A DNA stretch of 64,000 nt, taken from the NCBI GenBank assembly GCA_030746635.1, contig JASLMH010000001.1, positions 26,416-90,415 of the forward strand, given 5' to 3'. Position numbers and translations under genes: made by a program. Shown here in pieces: positions 38,882 to 48,714 of the stretch. The notes under the pieces were generated by a model, which was given only the letters and a program-made list of their open reading frames with translations, ran no database searches and had not been told where the DNA came from. Source of the DNA: Alphaproteobacteria bacterium. GTDB lineage: Bacteria; Pseudomonadota; Alphaproteobacteria; GCA-2731375. Position 1 is the first letter of the stretch; each line of letters opens with the position of its first letter.

Positions 38882-40284
38882 CGGGCCGGCACCAGTTTCC
38901 AGACCTTGCCGGATTGTCCCACCGGGATGCCGTGGGCCGTGGTCAGCAGGTAGAGCTCGCCGTCGGCGTCCTGGCCCAGGCTGTGCAGGCGCACGTCGAG
39001 TTGCGCCAAGCGCGCCACCGACCATTGTGCCCGCCACGAATTCGACGGCGTGGCGACGAACAACTGCCCCGACGGCTTGCGGATGTCGGAACTGAAGTCG
39101 CCGAACACGAACCTACCGTACAGCCCCGGCAGGGCCTTGCCGCGATAGACGAAGCCGCCGATGTTGGCCGTACCCATGGGCCTGGCCTTGACCGCCGATT
39201 CCTTGCGCATCACCGACCAGTTGGCGTACTCGACGATCGGATCGCGGATCGGTTCGCCCAGCGCGCCCTTGCGTGCGCAGTCCTCGGGCGGGTCGAAGGC
39301 GCGGGCCCTGTCGTAGCAGTGGCGGCCCTCCCGGATGGCCCAGCCGTAGTTGCCGGGGCGGTCGACCAGATAGACCGTCTCCCAGAACGACTCCGCGACG
39401 CCGCTGACGAACATATCGCCGTTGCCGGCCTTATCGAAGGTCAGGCGGAAGGGGTTGCGGAAGCCCCAGGCATAGATCTCGTCCCGCCCCTCGACCTTGC
39501 CGCGAAAGATATTCGTCGTGGGAATGGCATAGCCGGGATGGCCACGGTCGACGTCCAGGCGCAGGATCTTGCCGTTCAGGCGTTGGGTGTCCTGGGCATA
39601 GCGGTCGTATTTGTGAAAGCGTTTGGGGATCTTGAACGGATCCTCGGGGATCTCCTCGGCGTGGCGGGCCGGGTCCTTGGACTTGGGCGCCACGTGGATG
39701 TCGGGCACGCCGTGGGCACCGCCGCCATCGCCGACCCCGACATAGAGGTAGCCGTCGGGACCGAAGGCCAGGCCGCCGCCGTTGTGCTTGCGGTTGACCC
39801 AATCCAGCTCCAGCAGCACCCGTTCGCTGGCCCGATCGGCCCGGTTGGGATCGTCGGCCGAGACCTTGAACTCCGACATCCGCCAGGTGTAGGCGGTCTT
39901 GCCCGCGTAGGGCGATGCCGGCCGCCGCTTGGCGCTATAGTTGACGTAGAACAGCCCGTTGCCGGCGAAATCGGGATGAAAGGCCAGGGCCAGCAGGCCG
40001 CGCTCGTCAAAGGCCTTGCGCAGCGGCGTCAACCGGTCGCGCAGGTCGAGGAACGGCGGTTCCAGCCGCTTCCCCTTGGCGTCCAGCACCCACAACAGGC
40101 CGAGCTGATCGCCGACGAAGCGGCGGCCCGAGCCGTCCGGCGGCGCCGTCAACAGCAAGGGCGCGTTGAAGCCCTCGGCCACCAGTTGCAGATCGACCTT
40201 GGGCAAAACCTCATCGGCGCGTGCCAATCCCGCCGGCAGCGCCAAGGCCAGCGCCATGGCGGTCGTCAGAAACGTGCGTTCCAC
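38878..40284 (-). CDS. Exported glucose/sorbosone (PQQ-dependent sugar) dehydrogenase family protein
   Basis: Signal peptide, ERGLLALAFHPDF, HNGGGLAFGPDGYLY, IYAWGFRNPFR, NYGWAIREG. Confidence 0.88.
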   Translation of the reverse strand: MERTFLTTAMALALALPAGLARADEVLPKVDLQLVAEGFNAPLLLTAPPDGSGRRFVGDQLGLLWVLDAKGKRLEPPFLDLRDRLTPLRKAFDERGLLALAFHPDFAGNGLFYVNYSAKRRPASPYAGKTAYTWRMSEFKVSADDPNRADRASERVLLELDWVNRKHNGGGLAFGPDGYLYVGVGDGGGAHGVPDIHVAPKSKDPARHAEEIPEDPFKIPKRFHKYDRYAQDTQRLNGKILRLDVDRGHPGYAIPTTNIFRGKVEGRDEIYAWGFRNPFRLTFDKAGNGDMFVSGVAESFWETVYLVDRPGNYGWAIREGRHCYDRARAFDPPEDCARKGALGEPIRDPIVEYANWSVMRKESAVKARPMGTANIGGFVYRGKALPGLYGRFVFGDFSSDIRKPSGQLFVATPSNSWRAQWSVARLAQLDVRLHSLGQDADGELYLLTTAHGIPVGQSGKVWKLVPAR

Positions 40285-40341
40285 CCGAAGCCCCCCTCGT
40301 CCCCCTGTTCACGCCGATCACACTAGCCGGTCACAAGGCGA

Positions 40342-40366
40342 GAAAAAACCCCGCCACGGGCGGGGT
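40342..40366 (-). terminator. Intrinsic terminator of the F0 atp operon
   Basis: Minus strand accccgcc-cgt-ggcggggt followed by a T-run. Confidence 0.8.
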
Positions 40367-40393
40367 CTGCAGGACGATGATGTCGCAGGCGGC

Positions 40394-40873
40394 TCAGTTC
40401 AGGTTCCGGCGCAGATCGGCGGTGGCGGCGTCGACCAGGGCGTCTGCCCGCTCGCCCTTGACTTCCTGGGCGATCACCCGGGCGGCCGCCTCGACGGCGA
40501 CCTGCACCGCCGTCTCGCGCACTTCCTTCTCGGCCTGGGCCTCGGCCAGGCCGATCTTTTCCAGAGCCTGTTGCTCGCGCCGGGCCACCCCTTCCGCCAG
40601 CTTGGCGGCGGCGATATCGGCCTCCCGCCGGGCCTCCTCGGCGGCATGGGCGACGATTTCCTTGGCCTCGTTCAGGGCGTCGCGCTGCTTGCGTTCGTAG
40701 TTGGCCAACAGCGTCTGGGCCTCCTCGCGCAACTGCCGGGCCTGATCCAATTCGTCGCGGATCTTTTCGGCCCGATCATCCAGCGCCTTGGTCAACATGC
40801 CCGGCACCTTGAAATAGAACAGCACGCCGATGAAGACGACAAAGGCAACGCCGACCCAGAATGTCGCGTCCAT
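40394..40873 (-). CDS. atpF: ATP synthase F0 subunit b
   Basis: MDATFWVGVAFVVF...KVPGMLTKALDDRAEKIRDEL. C-terminal part of track ORF 40394..41413. Confidence 0.93.
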   Translation of the reverse strand: MDATFWVGVAFVVFIGVLFYFKVPGMLTKALDDRAEKIRDELDQARQLREEAQTLLANYERKQRDALNEAKEIVAHAAEEARREADIAAAKLAEGVARREQQALEKIGLAEAQAEKEVRETAVQVAVEAAARVIAQEVKGERADALVDAATADLRRNLN

Positions 40874-41364
40874 CAGCCGGCCTCCCGCATGGCCGCGTCG
40901 ACGGCCTGTTCGACCGTCGCGCTGGGCACCTCGGCATCGATCAGCCGCTCGGCCGCCGCCTGCGCCAGTTCCGCGGCAACGCCGCGCAACTCCGCCAGGG
41001 CCTCGTTCTTGGCAGCGGCGATCCGCTCGGCCGCGGCATTGGCCTCGGCGGCCAGCCTTTCGGCCACCTCCGCGTTGCGCTGTTCCGCCGCGGCGGCGGC
41101 CTCGGCCGCGTGCTGTGCCAGGGTCGCCTGGGCCTCGGCCCTGGCTTCCGCCAGCGCCGCCTCGTACTCGGCGATCACCGTCTCCGCCTGCTGCTTCAGC
41201 TGCTCGGCCTGGTCGAGATCGTCGGCGATCCGGTCCGAGCGGCTTTCCAGCACGTCGGCGACGCGGGGCAGCGCCACCCGGGCCATCAGCAGATACAGCG
41301 CGACAAAGGAGATCACCAGCCACAGCATCTGTGGCGCGAAATCCTCCATCCAGAATTGCGGCAT
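40873..41364 (-). CDS. ATP synthase F0 subunit b-prime
   Basis: MPQF...FAPQMLWLVISF..LY.LM...ALPRV. Confidence 0.93.
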   Translation of the reverse strand: MPQFWMEDFAPQMLWLVISFVALYLLMARVALPRVADVLESRSDRIADDLDQAEQLKQQAETVIAEYEAALAEARAEAQATLAQHAAEAAAAAEQRNAEVAERLAAEANAAAERIAAAKNEALAELRGVAAELAQAAAERLIDAEVPSATVEQAVDAAMREAG

Positions 41365-41453
41365 CGTCTCGCTCCGTCTCTATTCGGGGCCCCTTGTGTG
41401 ACCGCCTGGCCACGGACCCAAGGTCAACCGCCGGGGGCCTGCCCGGCGACGGC

Positions 41454-41681
41454 CTAGAAAACGAACAGAATGATCAGCGCGACGACGAGAGCGAACAGGG
41501 CGATGGCCTCGGTCAGGGCAAAGCCCAGGATCACCCGGCCGAACACCGCCTGGGCGGCGCCCGGGTTGCGCATGGCTCCGGCGACGTAGTTGCCGAAGAT
41601 CAGGCCGATACCGATACCGGCGCCCCCCATGGCGATGGCGGCAAGGCCGGCGCCAATCAGTTTCGCAGCGGCTGGTTCCAT
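41454..41681 (-). CDS. atpE: ATP synthase F0 subunit c
   Basis: [21 protein letters not shown] proton-binding Glu. Confidence 0.97.
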   Translation of the reverse strand: MEPAAAKLIGAGLAAIAMGGAGIGIGLIFGNYVAGAMRNPGAAQAVFGRVILGFALTEAIALFALVVALIILFVF

Positions 41682-41741
41682 GGTTCCGTTCCTTCGTTTC
41701 AGGTTGTGATTGGGAAAGCGATATCTCCGCCCCGGTCCCGA

Positions 41742-42491
41742 TCAATGCTCCAGATGGATAGCGTCGTTCAGGTAAAGGCAGGTGAGAATGGTGAACACGT
41801 AGGCCTGCAGCACCGCGATGGCGATTTCCAGGCCGGTCAAGGCGACGATCAGCGCGAACGGCAACACCCCGAAGATGCCCATCTGCACCACGAAACCGCC
41901 GAACACCTTCAACATGGTGTGGCCGGCGGTCATGTTGGCGAACAGCCGCACCGAGTGGCTGATCGGCCGCATGAAATAGGACAGGACCTCGATCGGCACG
42001 ACCAGCAGCAGCATCACCGCCGGCACCCCCTTGGGCACGAAGAAGGACAGGAAATGCAGGCCGTGCCGGGTCAGGCCGATGACGGTGACCAGGATGAACA
42101 CCGCCAGGGCCAGGGTGATGGTCACGGCGATGTGGCTGGTCACGGTGTAGGAGTACGGCAGCATCCCGACCAGGTTGCAGATCACGATGAAGCTGAAGAT
42201 CGTGAATACGAAGGGGAAGTATTTCCGCCCCTCGGTGCCGATCGTTTCCTTGATCATGTTGGCGATGAACTCGTACCAGAGCTCGGCCACCGACTGCCAG
42301 CGACCCGGCACCATGGCCCGCCGGCTGGTGGTCAGGGTCAGGAACAGGGTGACCACGATGACGGCGGCGATCATGAAGGCGGCCGCCTTGGAAAACGAGA
42401 TATCCAGTCCGCCGATTTGCCAGTCGCTCAAGCGGCCGATGACGAACTGATGCATCGGGCTGTCGTGATCGATGTGACGTTCAGTCGTCAC
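41742..42491 (-). CDS. atpB: ATP synthase F0 subunit a
   Basis: VPGRWQS, RPISHSVRLFANMTAGH, LQAYVF..LTC.YL. GTG start at 42491. Confidence 0.95.
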   Translation of the reverse strand: MTTERHIDHDSPMHQFVIGRLSDWQIGGLDISFSKAAAFMIAAVIVVTLFLTLTTSRRAMVPGRWQSVAELWYEFIANMIKETIGTEGRKYFPFVFTIFSFIVICNLVGMLPYSYTVTSHIAVTITLALAVFILVTVIGLTRHGLHFLSFFVPKGVPAVMLLLVVPIEVLSYFMRPISHSVRLFANMTAGHTMLKVFGGFVVQMGIFGVLPFALIVALTGLEIAIAVLQAYVFTILTCLYLNDAIHLEH

Positions 42492-42873
42492 GTCCGTCTC
42501 CCCGCTCCTCGTCGCCGGCCCGGTCGGGTCCGGCATCGGCGGCATCACCCGTCAGGGCCCGTGCCGCCTCGGCATCCATGCGCAGCGCCGTGCGCACCGC
42601 GTTGCTCAGTCCGGCCGCGCCGCCCAGAAACAGGAACAGCAGCATCAGCCACGGCGTGGTTCCGAACCAGTAGTCCAGCGCCCAACCGATGCCGGTGCAG
42701 ACCACCACGGCGACGACGATCTCGATCGAAATGCGCCACGCCGCGCCCAGCCCGGCACCCATCGCTCTGTCCGCGTCCGGGGTCTCCGGCTGCTCCAGGC
42801 CCGCCGACCGGCGGACCTTGGATATCCGGACGCCCAATTCATCCAGGGATGGGGGCTCGTTCGGACTGGACAT
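42481..42873 (-). CDS. atpI: ATP synthase assembly protein AtpI/AtpZ
   Basis: GIGWALDYWFGTTPW, first gene of the F0 operon. Confidence 0.88.
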   Translation of the reverse strand: MSSPNEPPSLDELGVRISKVRRSAGLEQPETPDADRAMGAGLGAAWRISIEIVVAVVVCTGIGWALDYWFGTTPWLMLLFLFLGGAAGLSNAVRTALRMDAEAARALTGDAADAGPDRAGDEERGDGRDD

Positions 42874-43077
42874 GTTGCTCGGGGGCTGCGTCGCTTACGG
42901 GCACTCGCCGGTGGATGCCTGGAAACAGATAACGACACCCGCCATACGAAAACAAGCGCCCGGCCACGACTGGGCCGGAAGCGGGCGCAAGATACGAGAG
43001 GCCCCCGGTCGTGTCAAGGGCCAATGATTTGCAGACAACCCACTGAAATCAAAGGGCAATTCACCCCCAGCGTGAGT

Positions 43078-46000
43078 TCATGCCGTGGCCCGAATGCGTT
43101 CCGCCCGGGCCAGGTCGACCGAGACCAGTTGCGACACCCCGCGCTCGGACATGGTGACGCCGAACAGCCGGTCCATGCGGGCCATGGTGTAGGGGTGATG
43201 GGTGATGATCAGGAAGCGGGTGCCGGTGACCCGGCCGATCTCGCCCACCAAATTGCAGAAACGCTCCACATTGGCGTCGTCCAGCGGCGCGTCGACCTCG
43301 TCCAGCACGCAGATCGGCGCCGGGTTAGTCAGGAACACCGCGAACAGCAGGGCCAGGGCGGTCAGCGCCTGTTCGCCGCCCGACAGCAGCGACAGGGTCT
43401 GCAGCCGCTTGCCCGGCGGGCTGGCCATGATTTCCAACCCGGCCTCCAGCGGATCGTCCGATTCGACCAGTGCCAGATGCGCCTTGCCGCCGCCGAACAG
43501 GCGCACGAAAAGGTCCTGGAAATGCCCGTCCACCGCCGCGAAGGCGGCCAGCAGCCGCTCGCGACCTTCCCGGTTCAGGGAGGAGATGCCCTGACGCAGC
43601 CGGGCGATGGCGGCTTCCAGATCGGCCCGCTCGGCGGTCATGGTCTCCAACTGCTCTTCCAGCTCGGCCGCCTCCTGCTCGGCCCGCAGGTTGACCGCGC
43701 CGAGATTCTCGCGCTCCCGCTTCAGGCGCTCGAGCTTGCGCTCGGCCTCCTCCAGCGGCGGCAACTCCTCGGCCTCGCCGACGCCGGCGACCTCCAGGAT
43801 TTCGTCGGGAGCGCATTCCAGCACCTCGGCGACCCGGCGGACCACCTCCTGGCGGCGCTCCCGGCATTGTTCGACGCCGGCCTCGCGCCGCACCCGTTCC
43901 TCGCGGGCCGCCGCCAGGGCCTGCTCCGCCTGCCGTTGCGCCTCGGCCAGGTCGTCGACCCGGATTTCGGCCCCGGCCAGGGCCTCGGCCGCTGCCTGGC
44001 GGGCGCCATCGGCCGTCTCGATCTGTTCCAGCAGGGCCCGCCGCCGCTCGGCGATCTCCTCGGGCCGGCGTTGCAACTCGGCCAGTTCGGTTCGCGCCGC
44101 CTCGGCCCGCTGGGTCAGTTCCTCGCCCTGGCGCCGGGCCGCCTCGGCGCGCTGGCGCCAGCCGTCCCGTTCGCCGGCGATGGCGGCGATGCGTTCGGCC
44201 CGGGCGGCCGCCTCGCGGCGCAATTGATCCTGGCCGTTGCGGACCTCCACCAGGGCGGTGCGCTGGCCGGCGACCTGCCGGCGCAGGTGGTCCAGTTCGA
44301 CCCGCAATTCGTCCATCGCCGGCAGGTTTTCCAGCTGCCCGGCGGTGTCGGTGCGGGCCTGGTCGGTCTCCGCCAGGTCGGCCTCGACCTGGGCGATGGT
44401 CTCGGCCAGGGTCGTCAGCCGCGAGGACCGGGCGGCGGCGTCCCGCTCGGCCGCCGCCTGCTCGGTGCGGGCCTGCTCCAGGGTTTCGCCGGCCAGGCGT
44501 GCCCCTTCGCGCGTGGCGGCGCGGGTCCTGGCGGCCTGCTCGGTGGCCTCGCGGGCCGCCGTCAGGGCCTGCCGCGCTTCCTCCAGGCGGGGCCGCAGGA
44601 CTTGCCGCTGTTCCTTCACCTCGTTCAGCCGGTTGCGCTGGGCCAGGCGCACGGCGGCGGCGGTCTCGGCGCCGGTGCCGACGGTCAGGCCGTCCCAGCG
44701 CCATAGCGCGCCCTCGACCGAGACCAGGCGCTGGCCATAGGCCAGATCGGCCACCAGTTGGCCGCCGTCGGCGGCGTCCACCACGCCGACCTGCGACAGC
44801 CGCCGGTTCAGGGCCGGCGGCGCCACGACATAGCGGGACAGGGGCGTCGCACCGGCGGGCAGCGCCGGCGCGTCGGCCCGTGGATCCAGGCGGTGCCAGT
44901 GCACCGGCGCCGCCTCGTCGGTCGGCACGTTAAGGTCGTCGCCCAGGGCGGCGCCCAGGGCCACTTCGTAGCCCGGCGACACGGTGACGGCATCGATCAG
45001 GGGCGGCCATAGTTCCGCCTCCCGGCTTTGCAGCAGATTGGCCAGGGCATTCTGCTCGGCCGCCAGGCGGCCGTCCTCGGCCTCGGCTTGCTGGGCCGCC
45101 TCACGGGCACGGGCCGCCGCCTCCTCGCGGCCGGCATGCGCCGCCTCGGCCCCTTCCAGGCGTTCGCCGGCCGCCTCGGCCGCCTCGCGGGCCTGCTCGA
45201 AGGCCCGGTTGGCGGTCTGCAGCCTTTCATCGCCGGCGGTTTCGGCCGCCAGGCCGGCCCGGGTTTCCTCGGCCTCGCGGCGGCGCTCGGCCAGCCGGCT
45301 CAGACGCTGTTCGGCCTCGGCCAGGGCCCGGCGCAGGGCTTCCGCCCGGGCGGCTTCGCTGGCCACCCGGTCGGTCAGGGCCTCCAGGTCCCGCTCCTGA
45401 TCGGCCAGCAGCGTCGCCGCCTGGTTGACCCGGCCTTCCGCCTCGGCCTGGGCCGTCTCTTCGCCGTCCTGTTCGGCCCGGCGCGCCCCCTCCTCGGCCT
45501 CCAGCCGTTCGATGGCGGCGGCCGCATCATCGGCCAAATTGCGCTCGCGGCCCTGGTCGACGTCGATCTGCCGCAGGCGCGCCCGCAATTGCTCGGAGGT
45601 TTCGGCCAGGCGCTGTTCTTCCTGGTCCAGGCCGTCCCGGGCCACCGCCAGGCGATGCAGCGCCGCCGCCGCCTCGGCTTCGGTCTGGCGCAATTCGGGC
45701 AGGGCCTCGGCCGCCTCGGCATGGGCCGTGGTCGCCCGGGCGGTGCCCTCGGTCAACTCCGCCACGCCGGCGTTGGCCTGCTCCAGCCCCTCGCGGGCCT
45801 CGGCGAGTTGCGCCTCGGCGCGGCTGAACAGCAGGTGCAGCTGGATGCCGTCGAAGCGGCGGATCTGCTCGCCGATGCGGCGGAACCGGCGGGCTTGGCG
45901 GGCCTGCCGTTTCATGTTCTGCAACTGCGCTTCCAGCGCCTGCATCACGTCGTCCAGGCGTTCGAGATTGTTTTCCGCCGCGCGCAGGCGCAGTTCGGCC

Positions 46001-46536
46001 TCGTGACGGCGGGAATGCAGGCCGGTGATGCCGGCGGCTTCTTCCAGCAGGACCCGGCGCTGCACCGGCTTGGCGTTGATCACCTCGCCTATGCGCCCCT
46101 GGCTGACCAGCGAGGGCGACTGCGCCCCGGAGGCGGCGTCGGCGAACAGCAACTGCACGTCGCGGGCCCGCACTTCGGCGCCGTTGATCCGGTAGGCCGA
46201 GCCGCTTTCCCGCTCGATGGTGCGGCTGACCTCCAACTCGTCCAGGTCGTTGAAGGCGGCCGGGGCGCTGCGATCGCTGTTGTCGATGCTCAACGCGACT
46301 TCCGCCAGGTTGCGGGAGCCGCGGTTCTGGGCGCCGGAGAAGATCACGTCGTCCATGGCGCCGCCGCGCATGCGCTTGGCCGAGTTCTCCCCCATCACCC
46401 AACGCAGGGCCTCGACCAGGTTCGATTTGCCGCAGCCGTTCGGCCCGACGACACCGGTCAGGCCGTCCTCGATCACCAGTTCCGCCGGTTCGACGAAGGA
46501 TTTGAAGCCCGTAAGCCGAAGTTTGTTGAATTGCAC
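43078..46536 (-). CDS. smc: Chromosome segregation protein SMC
   Basis: GFKSF, VGPNGCGKSN, long coiled coil, LSGGEQALT, LDEVDAPLDD. Confidence 0.97.
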   Translation of the reverse strand: MQFNKLRLTGFKSFVEPAELVIEDGLTGVVGPNGCGKSNLVEALRWVMGENSAKRMRGGAMDDVIFSGAQNRGSRNLAEVALSIDNSDRSAPAAFNDLDELEVSRTIERESGSAYRINGAEVRARDVQLLFADAASGAQSPSLVSQGRIGEVINAKPVQRRVLLEEAAGITGLHSRRHEAELRLRAAENNLERLDDVMQALEAQLQNMKRQARQARRFRRIGEQIRRFDGIQLHLLFSRAEAQLAEAREGLEQANAGVAELTEGTARATTAHAEAAEALPELRQTEAEAAAALHRLAVARDGLDQEEQRLAETSEQLRARLRQIDVDQGRERNLADDAAAAIERLEAEEGARRAEQDGEETAQAEAEGRVNQAATLLADQERDLEALTDRVASEAARAEALRRALAEAEQRLSRLAERRREAEETRAGLAAETAGDERLQTANRAFEQAREAAEAAGERLEGAEAAHAGREEAAARAREAAQQAEAEDGRLAAEQNALANLLQSREAELWPPLIDAVTVSPGYEVALGAALGDDLNVPTDEAAPVHWHRLDPRADAPALPAGATPLSRYVVAPPALNRRLSQVGVVDAADGGQLVADLAYGQRLVSVEGALWRWDGLTVGTGAETAAAVRLAQRNRLNEVKEQRQVLRPRLEEARQALTAAREATEQAARTRAATREGARLAGETLEQARTEQAAAERDAAARSSRLTTLAETIAQVEADLAETDQARTDTAGQLENLPAMDELRVELDHLRRQVAGQRTALVEVRNGQDQLRREAAARAERIAAIAGERDGWRQRAEAARRQGEELTQRAEAARTELAELQRRPEEIAERRRALLEQIETADGARQAAAEALAGAEIRVDDLAEAQRQAEQALAAAREERVRREAGVEQCRERRQEVVRRVAEVLECAPDEILEVAGVGEAEELPPLEEAERKLERLKRERENLGAVNLRAEQEAAELEEQLETMTAERADLEAAIARLRQGISSLNREGRERLLAAFAAVDGHFQDLFVRLFGGGKAHLALVESDDPLEAGLEIMASPPGKRLQTLSLLSGGEQALTALALLFAVFLTNPAPICVLDEVDAPLDDANVERFCNLVGEIGRVTGTRFLIITHHPYTMARMDRLFGVTMSERGVSQLVSVDLARAERIRATA

Positions 46537-46564
46537 CCGGTGTTGCCCCCTGTTCCCGGCCGCG

Positions 46565-47173
46565 CTAGCGCAGATGGCTGGCCAGCAGTTTGTCCCAACG
46601 GTCCATGGTCATGGCGCCGCTGGTCTTCTTGCCGTTGACGATGAAGCTGGGCGTCGAATCGACGCCGTACTTCTTGTTGCCCTCCAGCCGGTTCTTGAGC
46701 ACCACGTCGGCCAGGGCCCGATTGCCCATGCAGCTTTCGAAGCGTTCCTTGGAGATACCGCCCAGGCGGGCGATCTTGGCCAGCACCGCCTGCGGGTTCG
46801 AGGCCTGGGCCCATTTCGCCTGTTGGCGGAACAGCACTTCGATCATGCCGAAGTAGCGTTTCTCGCCGGCGCAGCGGGCCAGCATCGAGGCCTGCAATGC
46901 CAGTGGGTCGAAGGGAAATTCGCGAAAGATCATGCGGACCTGGCCGGTATCGATGTACTTGGCCTTGAGTTCCTTGAAGGTCTTGAGGTGAAAGTTGGCG
47001 CAATGGGGACAGGTCATCGAGGCATATTCGATTACCGTCACCGGCGCGTCGGCCGCGCCGACGGCCATGTCGCCCTGGGCATAGCCCGCATCGGCCGCCA
47101 CCGCCGGCGGGCCGCCCAGCAGCAAGGCCGCCGCCAGGGCAAACGCCACAACTAACACTTTAACTTGGGTCAT
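46565..47173 (-). CDS. DsbA-family thioredoxin-fold protein
   Basis: Signal peptide, EYASMTCPHC, REFPFD, STPSFIVNG. Confidence 0.9.
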   Translation of the reverse strand: MTQVKVLVVAFALAAALLLGGPPAVAADAGYAQGDMAVGAADAPVTVIEYASMTCPHCANFHLKTFKELKAKYIDTGQVRMIFREFPFDPLALQASMLARCAGEKRYFGMIEVLFRQQAKWAQASNPQAVLAKIARLGGISKERFESCMGNRALADVVLKNRLEGNKKYGVDSTPSFIVNGKKTSGAMTMDRWDKLLASHLR

Positions 47174-47300
47174 CCTCTCTCCTACCCACAAGATGTGGTG
47201 TCGACTATAGGCGCGCCGCGCCGTTCCGACAAGCTCTCCGTTAGCCATTTCAGTCCCCAATCGCGCCATCCAAAGCCAGAAATGCATGCCTTTGCGGCGG

Positions 47301-47804
47301 CTATGTGGCGTCCTGGCCACTATCCCGCCGTCGCCCCATGACGCCGGCGCCAAGCCGCCGCAAGGCCAGGCGCAGGCCCTCGCTGCGGGTGGCCGAGACG
47401 GTTTCGTCCAGCGCCGTCGCCGCCGCCGGCGACAGCGGCGCCGGGGCCGGCTTGTCGCCGGCCGGTCTGGCCGGCAGCGGTCCCTGCACCAGTTGCAGCC
47501 GGTCGACGGCGTGGTAGCCGTAAAAAGTATTGATGCGCTCGATCAGCATCGGCGCCTGGTGCTGCAGTTCCACCGCCGCCGCGCCGGCCACGCGCACGTG
47601 CAGCACCGCGCCACCGGCATCGCCGCGCCGCTGCACGATTTTTTCCGGCACCGTCAGCGCCGCCAGTTGTTCGCCGACGATGGCCGGCCAACGGGCGATC
47701 ACCTCGCCCTCGGCGAAGCCCCGGCGGCGAAAGGCGGCGCCGGCGGCCCGGCGCAGGATGGTGCCCGCCGGCACCGGCGCCCTTTTGTGGCGGCGTTCGG
47801 TCAT
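47301..47804 (-). CDS. DUF721/DciA-family protein
   Basis: ARWPAIVG, LQH.APMLIERINTFYGY, located upstream of dsbA-smc. Confidence 0.85.
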   Translation of the reverse strand: MTERRHKRAPVPAGTILRRAAGAAFRRRGFAEGEVIARWPAIVGEQLAALTVPEKIVQRRGDAGGAVLHVRVAGAAAVELQHQAPMLIERINTFYGYHAVDRLQLVQGPLPARPAGDKPAPAPLSPAAATALDETVSATRSEGLRLALRRLGAGVMGRRRDSGQDAT

Positions 47805-47912
47805 GGCGCCATCTTGCGGGAGTTCGCCTTCCCCGTCATCCCGAATACGGGGTGGGTGCAATAACAGTTGCTTGAAGGAAGGCGGCTAGTGCTTCAAGAC
47901 GCCGTGCACGCC

Positions 47913-48665
47913 TCAATCGGAGCCGCCAAGGGCGCTGGCGACGATGTAGGCGCCCAGCAGCAACAGCACGACGAAGAACACCCGCCGGAACGCCCCTTCG
48001 GACAATCGATGGCGAATCTTTTGGCCGAACACCATGCCGATGAGGGCTGGAACGATGGCCGCGACGGAGACTAGGCCGAGCTCCGCGGTCAGCAGATTGT
48101 TTCCCTGCAGGGCGACGCCCAGGGCCAAGGTGGAAACGGTGAACAGCACGCCCATGGCCAGGATCAGCATGTCGCGGGGCAGGCCGATGGACTGCAGGTA
48201 CAACACGCCAGGCACCACGAAGGAGCCCGTCATGCCCGTCAGCACGCCGTTCACCGTGCCAACCACCGGCCCGATCCAGACTTCCTGGCGACCGCTGACG
48301 GCGAAATGCAATCCGGCCAGACTGGCCGTCGCGTAGACCACCAGCAATAGGCCCAGCAGCGCCGACAGCAGGGAGAGGTCGACCCGGGTCAGCGCCGTGG
48401 CGCCGAGCCAGACGGTGACCGTGGCCATCAGCAGGAACGGCCACAGCCGCCGCAGGATGGCCCGGCCGTTGCCGCCGACCACGGCCTGCCAGAGATTGGT
48501 GACGAAGGAGGGCACCAGTAGCAGGGCCATGGCGTGCGGCAGATTGATCGCCACCGTCAGGACCGCCAGACTGACCGTCGGCAGGCCCAGGCCGATGACG
48601 CCCTTGACGGTGCCGGCCAGCAAAAAAGTGCCGGCAATGATCAGCATGGTGGCGACGTCGAGCAT
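47913..48665 (-). CDS. TSUP (TauE/SafE sulfite exporter) membrane protein
   Basis: AGTVKGVIGLG, NGVLTGMTG, about eight TM helices. Confidence 0.88.
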   Translation of the reverse strand: MLDVATMLIIAGTFLLAGTVKGVIGLGLPTVSLAVLTVAINLPHAMALLLVPSFVTNLWQAVVGGNGRAILRRLWPFLLMATVTVWLGATALTRVDLSLLSALLGLLLVVYATASLAGLHFAVSGRQEVWIGPVVGTVNGVLTGMTGSFVVPGVLYLQSIGLPRDMLILAMGVLFTVSTLALGVALQGNNLLTAELGLVSVAAIVPALIGMVFGQKIRHRLSEGAFRRVFFVVLLLLGAYIVASALGGSD

Positions 48666-48714
48666 TCGGTCATGCTAGACCGTTTCCAAAGTTGGCGGAA
48701 AGGTAGCTGGCGCC

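Noticed and set aside
40394-41413. 339-aa ORF spanning the atp b and b-prime genes
   Set aside because: Only the part from ATG 40873 is subunit b. The rest is an alternative frame over b-prime.
43600-46000. Repetitive GC-rich low-complexity DNA
   Set aside because: Explained by Ala/Glu/Arg-rich SMC coiled-coil codons.
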